Assembly: GCA_032249735.1 (NCBI GenBank)
Contig: JAVVHA010000004.1
Location: 27,268 to 91,267 of the forward strand
From: Dehalococcoidia bacterium
GTDB lineage: Bacteria; Chloroflexota; Dehalococcoidia; SM23-28-2; HRBIN24
Direction of reading: 5' to 3'
Length of the DNA stretch: 64,000 nucleotides
The notes under the pieces are model-generated. The model had not been told where the DNA came from, did no database searches, and worked only from the letters and a program-made list of their open reading frames with translations. Shown here piece after piece: positions 42,695-54,265 of this stretch (its first letter is position 1; each line of letters starts with the position of its first letter). Made by a program: the position numbers and the translations under genes.

Positions 42695-43384
42695 TCACAG
42701 GACCACCGGCACAGGGCTGTCCAAGCGCACCTCCTGGGGGTCCACTAGGCAACGATAGGCCAGCACAGCGACCCCTTCCCCAGCTGCCCACCGCAAGGCC
42801 TCGGCGAAGCGCGGGTCAGCGCCCACGTGCGCTGCAAAGGAGACGACATCAGGCCTCTGGATGACGAACACCACCGCTGCCCCCAGGCCCAGGCGGCGAG
42901 CAGCCACCAAGGCTGCCAGGTGGCGCCTTCCCCGCTCCGTGGGCGCATCGGGGAACAACCCCACTCCGTCCACCACTAGGGTGACGGACTTGGCCTCCAC
43001 CATAATATCGCCCTGGGGCCCCGCCAGGAGGAGGTCCAGACGCACCCCCTGGAAGGAGGGCTCGGTGGCGGCCACCCTTTGTCCGGCGAAGGCCTCCAAC
43101 CTCCCCTCCTCCACCGCCTCCCGCAGCAGGTGGTTGGGAAGGCGGGCATCGGCCGAGACCCACACCCCATCCACCTGCACCAGCACCAGGTCGAAGGGGG
43201 TCTTGCGTCCCTGCCCCGCCCTGGGGGCCAGGAGGACAGGAGCCCCCGGCACCATGAGCTCCTGGAGGCGACCGGAGTTGGCCAGATGGGCCTGGGCCCT
43301 TCCCCCAGCCACCTCCACCTCCACGGCGAAGCGGTTGAGGCGGGCCACCAACCTGGCCGATACTAGACCCTGAGGCAACCGCAC
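42695..43384 (-). CDS. sfsA: Sugar fermentation stimulation protein SfsA family (nuclease-fold DNA-binding protein)
   Basis: ARLNRFAVEV...AHLANSGRL...VEAKSVTL. I place the start at an in-frame GTG at 43384, giving 229 aa, the usual SfsA size. The track ORF extends to 43555. Confidence 0.75.
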   Translation of the reverse strand: MRLPQGLVSARLVARLNRFAVEVEVAGGRAQAHLANSGRLQELMVPGAPVLLAPRAGQGRKTPFDLVLVQVDGVWVSADARLPNHLLREAVEEGRLEAFAGQRVAATEPSFQGVRLDLLLAGPQGDIMVEAKSVTLVVDGVGLFPDAPTERGRRHLAALVAARRLGLGAAVVFVIQRPDVVSFAAHVGADPRFAEALRWAAGEGVAVLAYRCLVDPQEVRLDSPVPVVL

Positions 43385-43406
43385 AGCTTCAGTATAGGGG
43401 ACATCC

Positions 43407-44606
43407 TTGGCCCGCAGACCTCTCCCTTTGGCCCTGGGGTTCGTCCTGATGCTGGGAGCGGCCGACCTCCTGGGGGACCTCACCTTCGAGGGGGGCAGAA
43501 GCATCGCAGGCCCTTTCCTCGGGTCCCTGGGGGCGGGGGCAGTGGCCATCGCCACCCTATCAGGCCTGGGAGAGATGGCCGGCCTCCTGGTGCGCCTCGC
43601 CTCCGGCTATCTCTCCGACCGCATCCCTCGCCTTTGGCCCCTCGCCCTGTGGGGATATGCCATCAACCAGCTTTCGGTGCCCTCCCTGGCCTTGGTCTTC
43701 CAATGGCCCCTGGGCGCCCTTCTGCTGGTGGCCGAGCGGATGGGACGGGGGACAAGGGCTCCCCCCCGTGACCTCATGCTCTCCTACGCCGCCTTGCGTC
43801 TCGGCCCGGGGTGGACCTTTGGCCTCCACGAGGCCATGGACCAACTGGGGGCTATGGCGGGGCCCCTGCTGGTGGCCCTTGTCGTCCAGTTGGGACTGGG
43901 CTACCGAGGGGCCTTCGCCGTCCTGCTGGCCCCCGCCTTGGCCTGCCTATCCCTCCTCTGGTGGACCCGCCTGCGCTACCCCCAGCCGATGGCCATGGAG
44001 AGGGCGGAAGCGGACACGATAGATAGCCCCTCTCCCCTTCCGCTCCGCTTCTGGGCCTACGTGGCAGCCCTGGCCCTGGTGGCGGCTGGCTACGTGGACT
44101 TTCCCCTCATCGCCTTCCACCTGCACAAGGAAGAGGTGGGGGTGGCCACGCCCCCCCTCCTATACGGCCTGGCCATGGGGGTGGATGCCCTGGCTGCCCT
44201 GGCCCTGGGGCGCCTTTTCGACTATGTGGGGCTCAGGGCCATGGCCTTGGCCGCCCTCATCTCCGCCCCCTTCGGCCCCCTCTTCTTCCTGACCGATTCC
44301 CCTCCTCTCTGGGCCCTGGCCGCCGCCCAATGGGGGGTGGGCATGGCTGCCCAGGAATCTATCATGAGGGCAGCGGTGGTGACCATGGTGCCCAGAGGAC
44401 GCCGCGGCCTCGCCTTCGGTCTCCTCAACGCCATCTATGGCCTGGCCTGGTTTGCAGGCAGCGCCCTCATGGGCCTGCTGTACGACATCTCCTTGCCCGC
44501 CCTGGCATCCCTGGCTGCCGCCGCCCAGGTGGCTGCCGCCCTCCTCTTCATGGCCCTAGCCAAGGGCATGGGCCATGCCAGGGGTGCAGATAGCCCTACA
44601 GGATGA
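43407..44606 (+). CDS. MFS transporter (12-TMS type)
   Basis: About 12 hydrophobic segments and motif-A-like GYLSDRIPR. The start (TTG at 43407 or a downstream ATG) is uncertain. Confidence 0.7.
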   Translation: MARRPLPLALGFVLMLGAADLLGDLTFEGGRSIAGPFLGSLGAGAVAIATLSGLGEMAGLLVRLASGYLSDRIPRLWPLALWGYAINQLSVPSLALVFQWPLGALLLVAERMGRGTRAPPRDLMLSYAALRLGPGWTFGLHEAMDQLGAMAGPLLVALVVQLGLGYRGAFAVLLAPALACLSLLWWTRLRYPQPMAMERAEADTIDSPSPLPLRFWAYVAALALVAAGYVDFPLIAFHLHKEEVGVATPPLLYGLAMGVDALAALALGRLFDYVGLRAMALAALISAPFGPLFFLTDSPPLWALAAAQWGVGMAAQESIMRAAVVTMVPRGRRGLAFGLLNAIYGLAWFAGSALMGLLYDISLPALASLAAAAQVAAALLFMALAKGMGHARGADSPTG

Positions 44607-46562
<1,956 letters not shown>

Positions 46563-46566
46563 GCAC

Positions 46567-47418
46567 TTATCGCACCCGGTACGGGACCTCTCTGGAGAGG
46601 GTATCCATCAACGCTTGTCTGTAACTCTCAAGCCAGTCTGCACAGGGTGGGCACACGTCGGACACCTTCCTCAGCCCCTCCTGCCACCGCCCCATGCGGT
46701 AATAGAGGGCGGCCACCTTCAGGGCGCGGCCTCTCTTGACAGCGTCATCCTTCCCTCCCTCTTGCATCGCCGCTGAGAGCGCGCTCATGGCCCTTTGGGC
46801 CTCTTCCCACAGCAGGTCGGGGAAGCGGGTGGTGCAGTCCCGGAAGGCCCCCTCCTGCCAACATAGCACCAGGGGCAAGAAGGGGGAGTGCGCGAAGGAC
46901 AGGTCGCCGAAGTAGGCCAGCCGGTCGTCCCAGGTGAGCAACTCCGCCCGCCCGTCGGCCGTAATATCCATGACCTTGTCGATGCGCCCGTTGCCCAACG
47001 AGAAGGAGTCTAGGACGATGGGGCCCTGGGGCCCGGTGTCTACGACGAAGTACTCGAAGCAACAGTGGGCCCCTCCTGTGTAATGGAGGACGATGGCCTC
47101 CTCCTGCCCATCGCCGTCCACGTCGGCGGTGGCTGTCAGTTCCCACGGTTCAGCCGTCGCCCTAGGGTCAAGAGGGGAGGTGGCCAGAACGAGGTCCCCA
47201 CGGCCGTCGCTGACCTTCGCCTGGAACTGGCTCCCCTCCTTGACCACTTGCACCGACCAGGTGGGGGAGTACGCAGGCGTGGGGGTGACGACCTCTCTAG
47301 CGGTGGCGGCGGGGGTAGGGGTAACGGGAGGCACGGGCGCCAACACGGGCGTCCGCTCCTCCTGACAGGCCAGCAGCAACAGGGCACCCGCCATGGAGAC
47401 CAGGGCAAGCCAGCGCAT
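46567..47418 (-). CDS. Hypothetical lipoprotein
   Basis: Signal/lipobox ALLLLACQ and a Pro/Thr-rich linker. A DVDGDGQEE calcium/FG-GAP-like loop. No family assigned. Confidence 0.5.
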   Translation of the reverse strand: MRWLALVSMAGALLLLACQEERTPVLAPVPPVTPTPAATAREVVTPTPAYSPTWSVQVVKEGSQFQAKVSDGRGDLVLATSPLDPRATAEPWELTATADVDGDGQEEAIVLHYTGGAHCCFEYFVVDTGPQGPIVLDSFSLGNGRIDKVMDITADGRAELLTWDDRLAYFGDLSFAHSPFLPLVLCWQEGAFRDCTTRFPDLLWEEAQRAMSALSAAMQEGGKDDAVKRGRALKVAALYYRMGRWQEGLRKVSDVCPPCADWLESYRQALMDTLSREVPYRVR

Positions 47419-47462
47419 GGCCCCATTGTAGACTCGCCCACCTTGCCGGTCTACACTTACCT

Positions 47463-47906
47463 ATGTCAAGGGCCCCCATGACCATGCTTTTGGTGGATAC
47501 CACCGCCTCCGAGCCGTGCCCCCTGGGCTTCCAGGGCGACACTGCCCCCCTGGTCTACTTCATGTCCTTCGCCGTCGCCGAGAGATATGGAGCCCTTCAC
47601 CCCCTGGCGCAGGCGGCATCTCTGCTCCGCCGCCAGCTCCGCGTGGACATCTCCCCCCTCATGCGGTTCACCAGCGCCCTGCCCGAGGGGCCAGAGGACG
47701 TGGAGGAATTGGAGGGCCTGTGGCAAGACCCAGCCCCTTTAGCCCGCACTTGTCAGGAGATAGCCCACGCCTTACGCCACCATCCTCGCCTCAGGGCCCT
47801 CACGGCCGACTTCCCCACCCTGCCCGAGAGGCTAGAGGAGCTGGCGGCCATAGCTCAGTGGGCAGCCCAACAGGGGGCCAAGATCCGCCTCACCTATCTG
47901 CTGTGA
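47463..47906 (+). CDS. Hypothetical protein
   Basis: 147-aa ORF in the only free frame between two genes. No motif recognised. Confidence 0.35.
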   Translation: MSRAPMTMLLVDTTASEPCPLGFQGDTAPLVYFMSFAVAERYGALHPLAQAASLLRRQLRVDISPLMRFTSALPEGPEDVEELEGLWQDPAPLARTCQEIAHALRHHPRLRALTADFPTLPERLEELAAIAQWAAQQGAKIRLTYLL

Positions 47907-48516
47907 ACCCTTGGCGATAGAGCCCTTGGCTGCGTATATACTCCTCCACCTGTGGAGGCACCAGGTAGCGGATGGACCGCCCAACCCGCACCCGCTCGCG
48001 CACCAAGGTGGCGCTGATGCCTACCGGCGGCATGTCCAGCCAGACCAGTCGGCTCTTCAGGCCCGGAAGGAGAGCCTCCACCCGGGCCAAGGCCCCCTCG
48101 TCCTCCGCCCCGGGGCGGGAGGCCACGGCCAAGAAGGCCAGCGAGATGATCTCCTGGGGCCGGTGCCAGTGAGGCAGGTCCAGGAGGGAGTCGTAGCCCA
48201 TCACCAGGAAGAACTCAGCGCCGGGGAGCTCCAACCGCAGCTCATGGAGGGTGTCCACGGTGTAGGAGGGGCCGGGACGCTGCAGCTCACCCGTCCACAC
48301 CTGGAAGGGGGAGCCCTCCAGGGCCAGGCGCACCATGGCCAACCGGTGATGGCCAGGGGTTATAGGTTGCCCCGCTTTGCGCCAAGGGTTGCCCGCCGGC
48401 ACGAAGAGGAGACGCTCCAGAGAGAGGAGCTCCCACGCCGTATCGGCGAGGATGAGGTGACCCAGGTGGATGGGGTCGAAGGTGCCCCCCAGCACCCCCA
48501 CCCTCATCCCAGCCAT
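47890..48516 (-). CDS. nadD: Nicotinate-nucleotide adenylyltransferase
   Basis: VGVLGGTFDPIHLGHL and ISATLVRERV. Confidence 0.92.
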   Translation of the reverse strand: MAGMRVGVLGGTFDPIHLGHLILADTAWELLSLERLLFVPAGNPWRKAGQPITPGHHRLAMVRLALEGSPFQVWTGELQRPGPSYTVDTLHELRLELPGAEFFLVMGYDSLLDLPHWHRPQEIISLAFLAVASRPGAEDEGALARVEALLPGLKSRLVWLDMPPVGISATLVRERVRVGRSIRYLVPPQVEEYIRSQGLYRQGFTADR

Positions 48517-49763
48517 GGCACCTCCACGTCCCCGAAGCGCACGGGGTCGCCGGGCTTGGCCCCCGCCCGCCGCAGGGCCCGCACCACCCCCATGCGGGCC
48601 AGGCGTCGCCAGAACTCCTGGCGCCCCTCATCGTCCTCCAACGGCATCATATGGGCCAGGGCCACCGGGTCCCTCCCGTCCACGCGGAAACCACCGTCCT
48701 CTCGGGCCACACGGAAGCGCGGCCCCCTTGTAGCCACAAGCGCCTCGCCGGCCGCCACTTGGGCAGGAGGGGCCAAAGCTCGAAACCTCTCCCATACCAC
48801 CTCCAGGAGCTGGCGGGTGCCTTCTCCCGTGGCAGCCGATATGAAGATGGGCTCCACTCCCCGTCGCCTCAGGGCCTCCCGCAGGGCAGGGATCCGCGCC
48901 CGCACCTCTGGCAGGTCTACCTTGTTGACCGCCACCACCTGCTCCTTGCACGCCAGGTTGCCTGGCGCCAGAGCCAGCTCTCTGTTGACCACATCCATAT
49001 CTGCCGCCACGTCGGGGCGGGTGCCGTCCAGGAGGTGCACCAGCAGGCGGGTCCGCTCTATATGCCGCAGGAAGTCCAAGCCCAAGCCCTTACCCTCATG
49101 GGCCCCTTCGATGAGACCAGGGATATCGGCGATGACCAGCTCCCCGCCGTCCACCGTGGCCACCCCCAGGTGGGGCTCCAACGTGGTAAACGGGTAGGGA
49201 GCGATCTTCGGCCGGGCTCTGGTGAGGGCCGCCAGGAGGGTGGACTTGCCCACGTTGGGGAGCCCCACAATGCCTACATCGGCCAGGAGCTTGAGGTCTA
49301 GTTGGAGCTCCACCTCTTCTCCTTTCTCGCCCCGCTGGGCGATGCGCGGCGCCCGCCTCGTAGGCGAGACGAAGGCAGCGTTGCCCAGGCCGCCCCTGCC
49401 GCCGCGGGCCACCAGCAACATCTTCCCCGGCCTGTCTAGGTCCCCCACATACGTCAGCGAGCCATCAGCCTCCACCCGGTGCACTACAGTGCCCACAGGC
49501 ACCGCCACGTAGACATCTTCACCACGGCGGCCGTGCATGTTCTTCCCCTTGCCATGCTGGCCGCGCCCTGCCTCATAGCGGTGCCTCCGCGCCACTACGT
49601 ACAGGGTGCGCATGTGAGGATCGGCCACCAAGTACACGTTCCCCCCGTCGCCGCCGTTGCCGCCGTCAGGCCCGCCGCGGGGCACGAACTTCTCCCGCCG
49701 GAAGGAGACGCAGCCATTGCCACCGTCCCCACCCTTCACCCAAATACGGGCCCTATCGATCAT
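48504..49763 (-). CDS. obg: GTPase Obg/CgtA
   Basis: Gly-rich N-terminal Obg fold (GGDGGNG...), G-domain GLPNVGKSTLL, DIPGLIEGA and NKVD, plus a C-terminal OCT domain. Confidence 0.97.
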   Translation of the reverse strand: MIDRARIWVKGGDGGNGCVSFRREKFVPRGGPDGGNGGDGGNVYLVADPHMRTLYVVARRHRYEAGRGQHGKGKNMHGRRGEDVYVAVPVGTVVHRVEADGSLTYVGDLDRPGKMLLVARGGRGGLGNAAFVSPTRRAPRIAQRGEKGEEVELQLDLKLLADVGIVGLPNVGKSTLLAALTRARPKIAPYPFTTLEPHLGVATVDGGELVIADIPGLIEGAHEGKGLGLDFLRHIERTRLLVHLLDGTRPDVAADMDVVNRELALAPGNLACKEQVVAVNKVDLPEVRARIPALREALRRRGVEPIFISAATGEGTRQLLEVVWERFRALAPPAQVAAGEALVATRGPRFRVAREDGGFRVDGRDPVALAHMMPLEDDEGRQEFWRRLARMGVVRALRRAGAKPGDPVRFGDVEVPWLG

Positions 49764-49879
49764 CCTCTATGCAATTGTATAACGGTGGCTTGAAGTAACA
49801 GATGGCACGTGGAGGACGTGGATAGGGACGTGCGGCGCTAGGGGAAAGGCGGTGGAGAAAGGGGAGGAGAGGGGAAAAC

Positions 49880-51241
49880 TCAGGCGCTGGCCTGGGCAGC
49901 GTACCCTGGCGATAGGAGGGAACGGATCTCGCTTACCTGGCGGCGGAGGAGGGGGTCGGTGCGCATCAGGACCTCCACCTTGTGGATGGCGTGGATGACG
50001 GTGGAATGGTCCCGCCCGCCTAGGAGGCGGCCGATATCCTTGAGCGATAGTTGACATTCCTCGCGCAGGAGGTACATGGCGATGTGGCGGGCATCGGCCA
50101 CCATCTTGGAGCGGGCCTTCCCTGCCAAAGAATTCAGGGGAAGATTGAAGAACTGGGCGACGGTCCGCAGGACCGTGTCAGGGGTTGGGGCGCCGGTGCT
50201 GCTGGCGGCAGTAAGGGCCCTCAAGGCCTCTTGGCACACCTCCAGGTCGATGGGGCGCTGGACGAGACGCGCATAGGCCACCAGCCTGTTGACGTATCCC
50301 TCCAGCTCGCGGATGCTCCGTTGGGCGGCCTCGGCGAGGAAGCGGGCCACATCCTGAGGGATCTGGACACCCAGGTCGTGGGCCTTGGCGGCGGCCACTG
50401 CCGTCTTGGTCTCTATGTCTGGCGCTCCGATGTCCACCACCAGTCCCCCCTCCAGGCGGGATCGCAGGTGGGGCTCCAGCTGGGTGAGGGCCTGCGGCGC
50501 GCGGTCGGCCGTCGCCACGATATGCCCCCCCTCGAGGAGCACCTCGTTGAAGGTCTGGGAGAACTCGTCTTGAGTGCGCTCCTTCCCTGCCAGGAGGTGG
50601 ATATCGTCTACCAGGAGGGCGTCCAGCCCGCGGTATCGGGCGCGAAACTCGTCCACCCGCCGCTGGCTCAGGGCAGCCACGAAGTCGGTGGTGAACTGCT
50701 CGGCCGTGACGTAGAGGACTCGCCGCCCCTTGGCCAGGAGGCGATGGCCGATGGCATGGAGGATATGGGTCTTGCCCATACCCGGGGGTCCGAATATGAA
50801 GAGGGGGTTGGGGGCCTCTCCAGGCCTCTCAGCCACATCTGCGGCAGCGTGGACTGCCAAATGGCAATGAGGCCCCACCACCAACCTCTCGAAGGTGAAC
50901 TTAGGGTTGAGGCGCACACTGGGCTGGTTGGCGGGGGCAAGGGAGGTGGCCCGGAAGATGGCGCCGTCGTTGGACTGGCGGCCATAAGGCCTGTATAGGC
51001 GGAAGGACACCTCCGCCCTTCGGCCCAGCACCTTGCTCACCGTGCCGGTGATGAGGGGGTAGGCGCGGTCGTAAAGCCAGGCGATGGCATAATCGTTGGG
51101 GACACCCACCGTAAGCCGGTCGTTGCTGAACTCAAGGCCCACCGTGTCGCGCAGGTAGGTTTCGAAGTTGTGACGGGTCACTTGGAGCTGAAGCTCCCCC
51201 AGAACAGCATCCCATAACCTGCGGGCATCATCCTGGGTCAT
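49880..51241 (-). CDS. dnaA: Chromosomal replication initiator protein DnaA
   Basis: LWDAVLGELQLQV, Walker A GPPGMGKTHILHAIGH, LLVDDIH, and C-terminal domain IV ARHIAMYLLRE...IGRLLGGRDHSTVIHA. Start trimmed to the ATG at 51241. Confidence 0.97.
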   Translation of the reverse strand: MTQDDARRLWDAVLGELQLQVTRHNFETYLRDTVGLEFSNDRLTVGVPNDYAIAWLYDRAYPLITGTVSKVLGRRAEVSFRLYRPYGRQSNDGAIFRATSLAPANQPSVRLNPKFTFERLVVGPHCHLAVHAAADVAERPGEAPNPLFIFGPPGMGKTHILHAIGHRLLAKGRRVLYVTAEQFTTDFVAALSQRRVDEFRARYRGLDALLVDDIHLLAGKERTQDEFSQTFNEVLLEGGHIVATADRAPQALTQLEPHLRSRLEGGLVVDIGAPDIETKTAVAAAKAHDLGVQIPQDVARFLAEAAQRSIRELEGYVNRLVAYARLVQRPIDLEVCQEALRALTAASSTGAPTPDTVLRTVAQFFNLPLNSLAGKARSKMVADARHIAMYLLREECQLSLKDIGRLLGGRDHSTVIHAIHKVEVLMRTDPLLRRQVSEIRSLLSPGYAAQASA

Positions 51242-51398
51242 GGCTGGCACCTGCGGGGCGCAGTGGAAAATTACCACGCCAGAACTGCGTTGGCAATGGA
51301 CTTTATGACAAATCGAAGGCCAGGATCGTCCACCCCTTTTCGACATGGCCTCGCCTTATTGGGCTAAAAGCTTTAAGCTATAATCGCACTGCCGGGTC

Positions 51399-52172
51399 AT
51401 GGGCATGCTCTTGGCCATCGATGTAGGGAACACCAACGTTACCATTGGTCTCTTTGAAGGGAAGGAGCTAGTGGCCACCTGGCGTCTGGCTACCGATGCC
51501 CGGCGGATGAGCGACGAATACGCTGCCCTCCTCCTCCACCTCATGGCCCATCGCGGCCTGAGGCCTGGGGACGTACAGGACGCTGTCTTCTGCTCGGTGG
51601 TGCCGGACTTGGACCCCGTCTTCGACGACGTATGCCGCCGGTATTTGGGGGTGGTCCCCCTGGTGGTGGAGGCGGGGGTGCGCACAGGGTTGCGCATCCT
51701 CTACGACTCGCCGCGGGAGGTGGGGGCAGACAGGGTGGCCGATGCCGTAGCCGCCATTCACCTCTATGGGGCGCCGGTTATTGTGGTGGACATGGGGACG
51801 GCCACCGTCCTGGACGCCGTGGACCGCCATGGCTCCTATCTTGGCGGGGCCATCGCCCCTGGCCTAGGGGTGGCAGCCGAGGCCCTCTTCCAGCGGGCGG
51901 CCAAGCTTTACCGGGTGGAGCTGGCCCGTCCCCGCTCGGCCATTGGGCGCAACACTGTGGCTGCCATGCAGTCGGGCATCGTGCTGGGGTATGTGGGGCT
52001 GGTGGAGGGGCTGGTGCACCGCTTCAAGGAGGAGCTGGGGGACGACGCCCCGGTGGTGGCCACAGGCGGCTATGCCCATCTCATCGCCAGCGAGACGAAG
52101 ATCATCGACCACGTAAACCCCGACCTCACCCTCATCGGTCTGCGCATCATCCATGAGCTGAACAGGGGCTGA
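51399..52172 (+). CDS. coaX: Type III pantothenate kinase
   Basis: MLLAIDVGNTNVTIGLF, VVDMGTATV, VATGGYA. TATAAT at 51379-51384 lies just upstream, so the leader is short or absent. Confidence 0.92.
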   Translation: MGMLLAIDVGNTNVTIGLFEGKELVATWRLATDARRMSDEYAALLLHLMAHRGLRPGDVQDAVFCSVVPDLDPVFDDVCRRYLGVVPLVVEAGVRTGLRILYDSPREVGADRVADAVAAIHLYGAPVIVVDMGTATVLDAVDRHGSYLGGAIAPGLGVAAEALFQRAAKLYRVELARPRSAIGRNTVAAMQSGIVLGYVGLVEGLVHRFKEELGDDAPVVATGGYAHLIASETKIIDHVNPDLTLIGLRIIHELNRG

Positions 52173-52178
52173 GGGGCC

Positions 52179-53393
52179 ATGTACAACTTGGAGAGGCGGC
52201 GGGTGGTGCTGGGAGTAGGGGGCAGCGTGGCCGCCTACAAGGCGGTGGACTTGGCCAGCCAGCTCACCAGGCTTGGGGCGCAGGTGGACGCTGTCCTGAC
52301 AAAGGCTGCCACCCGCTTCGTCACCCCTCTCAGCTTCACCTCCGTCACCCTCCGCCCCGCCTATGTGGACATGTTCGAGGCCTCCCTTAGGGAGCCGGAG
52401 GTGCATGTGCGTTTGGGCCGGGAGGCGGACGTGGTGGTGGTGGCCCCGGCTACCGCCTCCCTCCTGGCCCGGCTGGCCCTGGGGATAGCTCAGGAGCTCA
52501 TTTCCCTCACCGTCCTGTGCACTCGCGCCCCTCTGGTGGTGTGTCCGGCTATGGACTCCCACATGTGGGAGCACCCAACCACTCAGGGGCACGTGCGCAC
52601 CCTTCAGGAGAGGGGGGCTGTGGTGGTGGGGCCGGAGGTGGGGCGGCTGGCATCGGGCCAGGTGGGGATGGGGAGGCTGGCTGAGAGGGAGACCATCATA
52701 GGCGCTGTGCGCTATGTCCTGGGCCAGCGCTATGGCGACCTAATAGGGAGGCGCATCGTGGTGACCGCTGGCGGCACCCAGGAGCCTATCGACCCTGTGC
52801 GCTATATCTCTAACCACTCCTCTGGCAAGATGGGCTATGCGGTGGCGGAGGCCGCCCGCGACCGTGGCGCGCAGGTGACCTTAGTGACGGCCCCCACTGC
52901 CCTCCCCGACCCCTATGGCGTGCAGGTGGTGCGGGTATGCACGGCCCTGGAGATGCGAGAGGCGGTCATGGAGGCTTGCCGCGGGGCCCACGCCCTCATC
53001 ATGGCCGCCGCCGTGGCCGACTTCCGGCCCGCCCAGGCTGCCCCCGCCAAGATTAAGCGTGGGGAGAGGGAGGCCATCACCCTGGAGCTGGTGCGCAACC
53101 CCGACATCCTGGCCGAGACGGCCTCTTTCCCCCATCTGGTGCGGGTGGGCTTTGCCGCCGAGACCGAGGACCTTCTGGCCAATGCCCACCGCAAGCTGGT
53201 GGAGCGAAGGCTGGACCTGGTGGTGGCCAACGATGTCACCGCCCCTGGCTCCGGCTTCGGCACCGATACCAACAAGGTGGTCATCGTGGGGCGCCATGGG
53301 GCTCAGGAGCTGCCCCTCATGAGCAAGTACGAGGTGGGATGTCACGTCCTAGATCATGTGGCCCGTATCCTGGCTGAGAAGGGGGAGCCATGA
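52179..53393 (+). CDS. coaBC: Bifunctional phosphopantothenoylcysteine decarboxylase/phosphopantothenate-cysteine ligase
   Basis: LGVGGSVAAYKAVDLASQL, PAMDSHMWEHP, VTAGGTQEPIDPVRYISNHSSGKMG, AAAVADFRP. Confidence 0.95.
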   Translation: MYNLERRRVVLGVGGSVAAYKAVDLASQLTRLGAQVDAVLTKAATRFVTPLSFTSVTLRPAYVDMFEASLREPEVHVRLGREADVVVVAPATASLLARLALGIAQELISLTVLCTRAPLVVCPAMDSHMWEHPTTQGHVRTLQERGAVVVGPEVGRLASGQVGMGRLAERETIIGAVRYVLGQRYGDLIGRRIVVTAGGTQEPIDPVRYISNHSSGKMGYAVAEAARDRGAQVTLVTAPTALPDPYGVQVVRVCTALEMREAVMEACRGAHALIMAAAVADFRPAQAAPAKIKRGEREAITLELVRNPDILAETASFPHLVRVGFAAETEDLLANAHRKLVERRLDLVVANDVTAPGSGFGTDTNKVVIVGRHGAQELPLMSKYEVGCHVLDHVARILAEKGEP

Positions 53394-54214
53394 TGGAGAC
53401 GACGGAGGAGAGGTTTGGGCTGGAGAAGTTCGCCCGTCACCCCTTCTATCAGGAGGTGAACCGGCGGCTGGTGAAGCTGGCCGGCCTCCGTCCTGGCCAA
53501 CGGGTGGTGGACTTAGGTGCAGGCACGGGGGCCGTAACGCGGCTCCTGGTGGAGGAGGTAAGGGGCAAGGAGGGGGCGGAGGTCATCGCAGTGGAGCCCG
53601 TAGCCTCCGCCCTGGAGGTGGCCCGCCGCAGCCTAGCCCAGGTGTCGGGAGTGGTGGTCCGCTTCGTGCAGGGCCAGGCGGAGAGGCTCTCCCAGTTGGT
53701 TCGGCGGCCTGTAGATGCCGTCTTCTTCTGCAACGCCATCCACCTGGTGCGGGAGAAGGCCAAGGTGCTCCAGGAGGTGCGCAAGGTGCTAGGGGAGGAA
53801 GGCGTCTTCTCCTTCAACACCACCTTTTTTAAGGGGGCTGAGCCCCCCGAGAGCCACCAGTTCTATCGGCGGTGGCTGAGCAAGGCCTTGCGCTTGTTGC
53901 GTTCCCGCTATGGCCTCTCCCCCCTCCCCGAGCGGGCGCCAGCGCGGGAGCGGCTCTCCTGCGAGGAGTATGCCTCCCTTCTGCTGGAGAACGGGTTCCG
54001 TATCCGCCACCAGGAGATCGTGCAGGTGCAGATGGACCTGGAGAGCTTCGAAGACATATCGGAGTATGCCCTCTGGATCGAGGGCATCTTGCCAGGGATA
54101 CCGCTGGAGACGGGCAGCGCCGTCCTGAAGGAGAGCGTGAGGGATACGTTCCATGAGCTGGGCATCGCCTTTTCCCCCCGTAACTGGTTGCTGGTGGTAG
54201 CCGGCCGCGCCTGA
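53390..54214 (+). CDS. Class I SAM-dependent methyltransferase
   Basis: Motif I VVDLGAGTGAVT. Overlaps the coaBC stop (ATGA). Confidence 0.8.
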   Translation: MMETTEERFGLEKFARHPFYQEVNRRLVKLAGLRPGQRVVDLGAGTGAVTRLLVEEVRGKEGAEVIAVEPVASALEVARRSLAQVSGVVVRFVQGQAERLSQLVRRPVDAVFFCNAIHLVREKAKVLQEVRKVLGEEGVFSFNTTFFKGAEPPESHQFYRRWLSKALRLLRSRYGLSPLPERAPARERLSCEEYASLLLENGFRIRHQEIVQVQMDLESFEDISEYALWIEGILPGIPLETGSAVLKESVRDTFHELGIAFSPRNWLLVVAGRA

Positions 54215-54265
54215 GCTATGTATGATGTAGGCATATCCGCAAGGGCCGTGTGCCGGAGGTGAGCG

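Noticed and set aside
47911-49197. 428-aa plus-strand ORF opposite nadD and obg
   Set aside because: It spans two well-supported minus-strand genes. The translation is Arg/Pro/Ser-rich low complexity.
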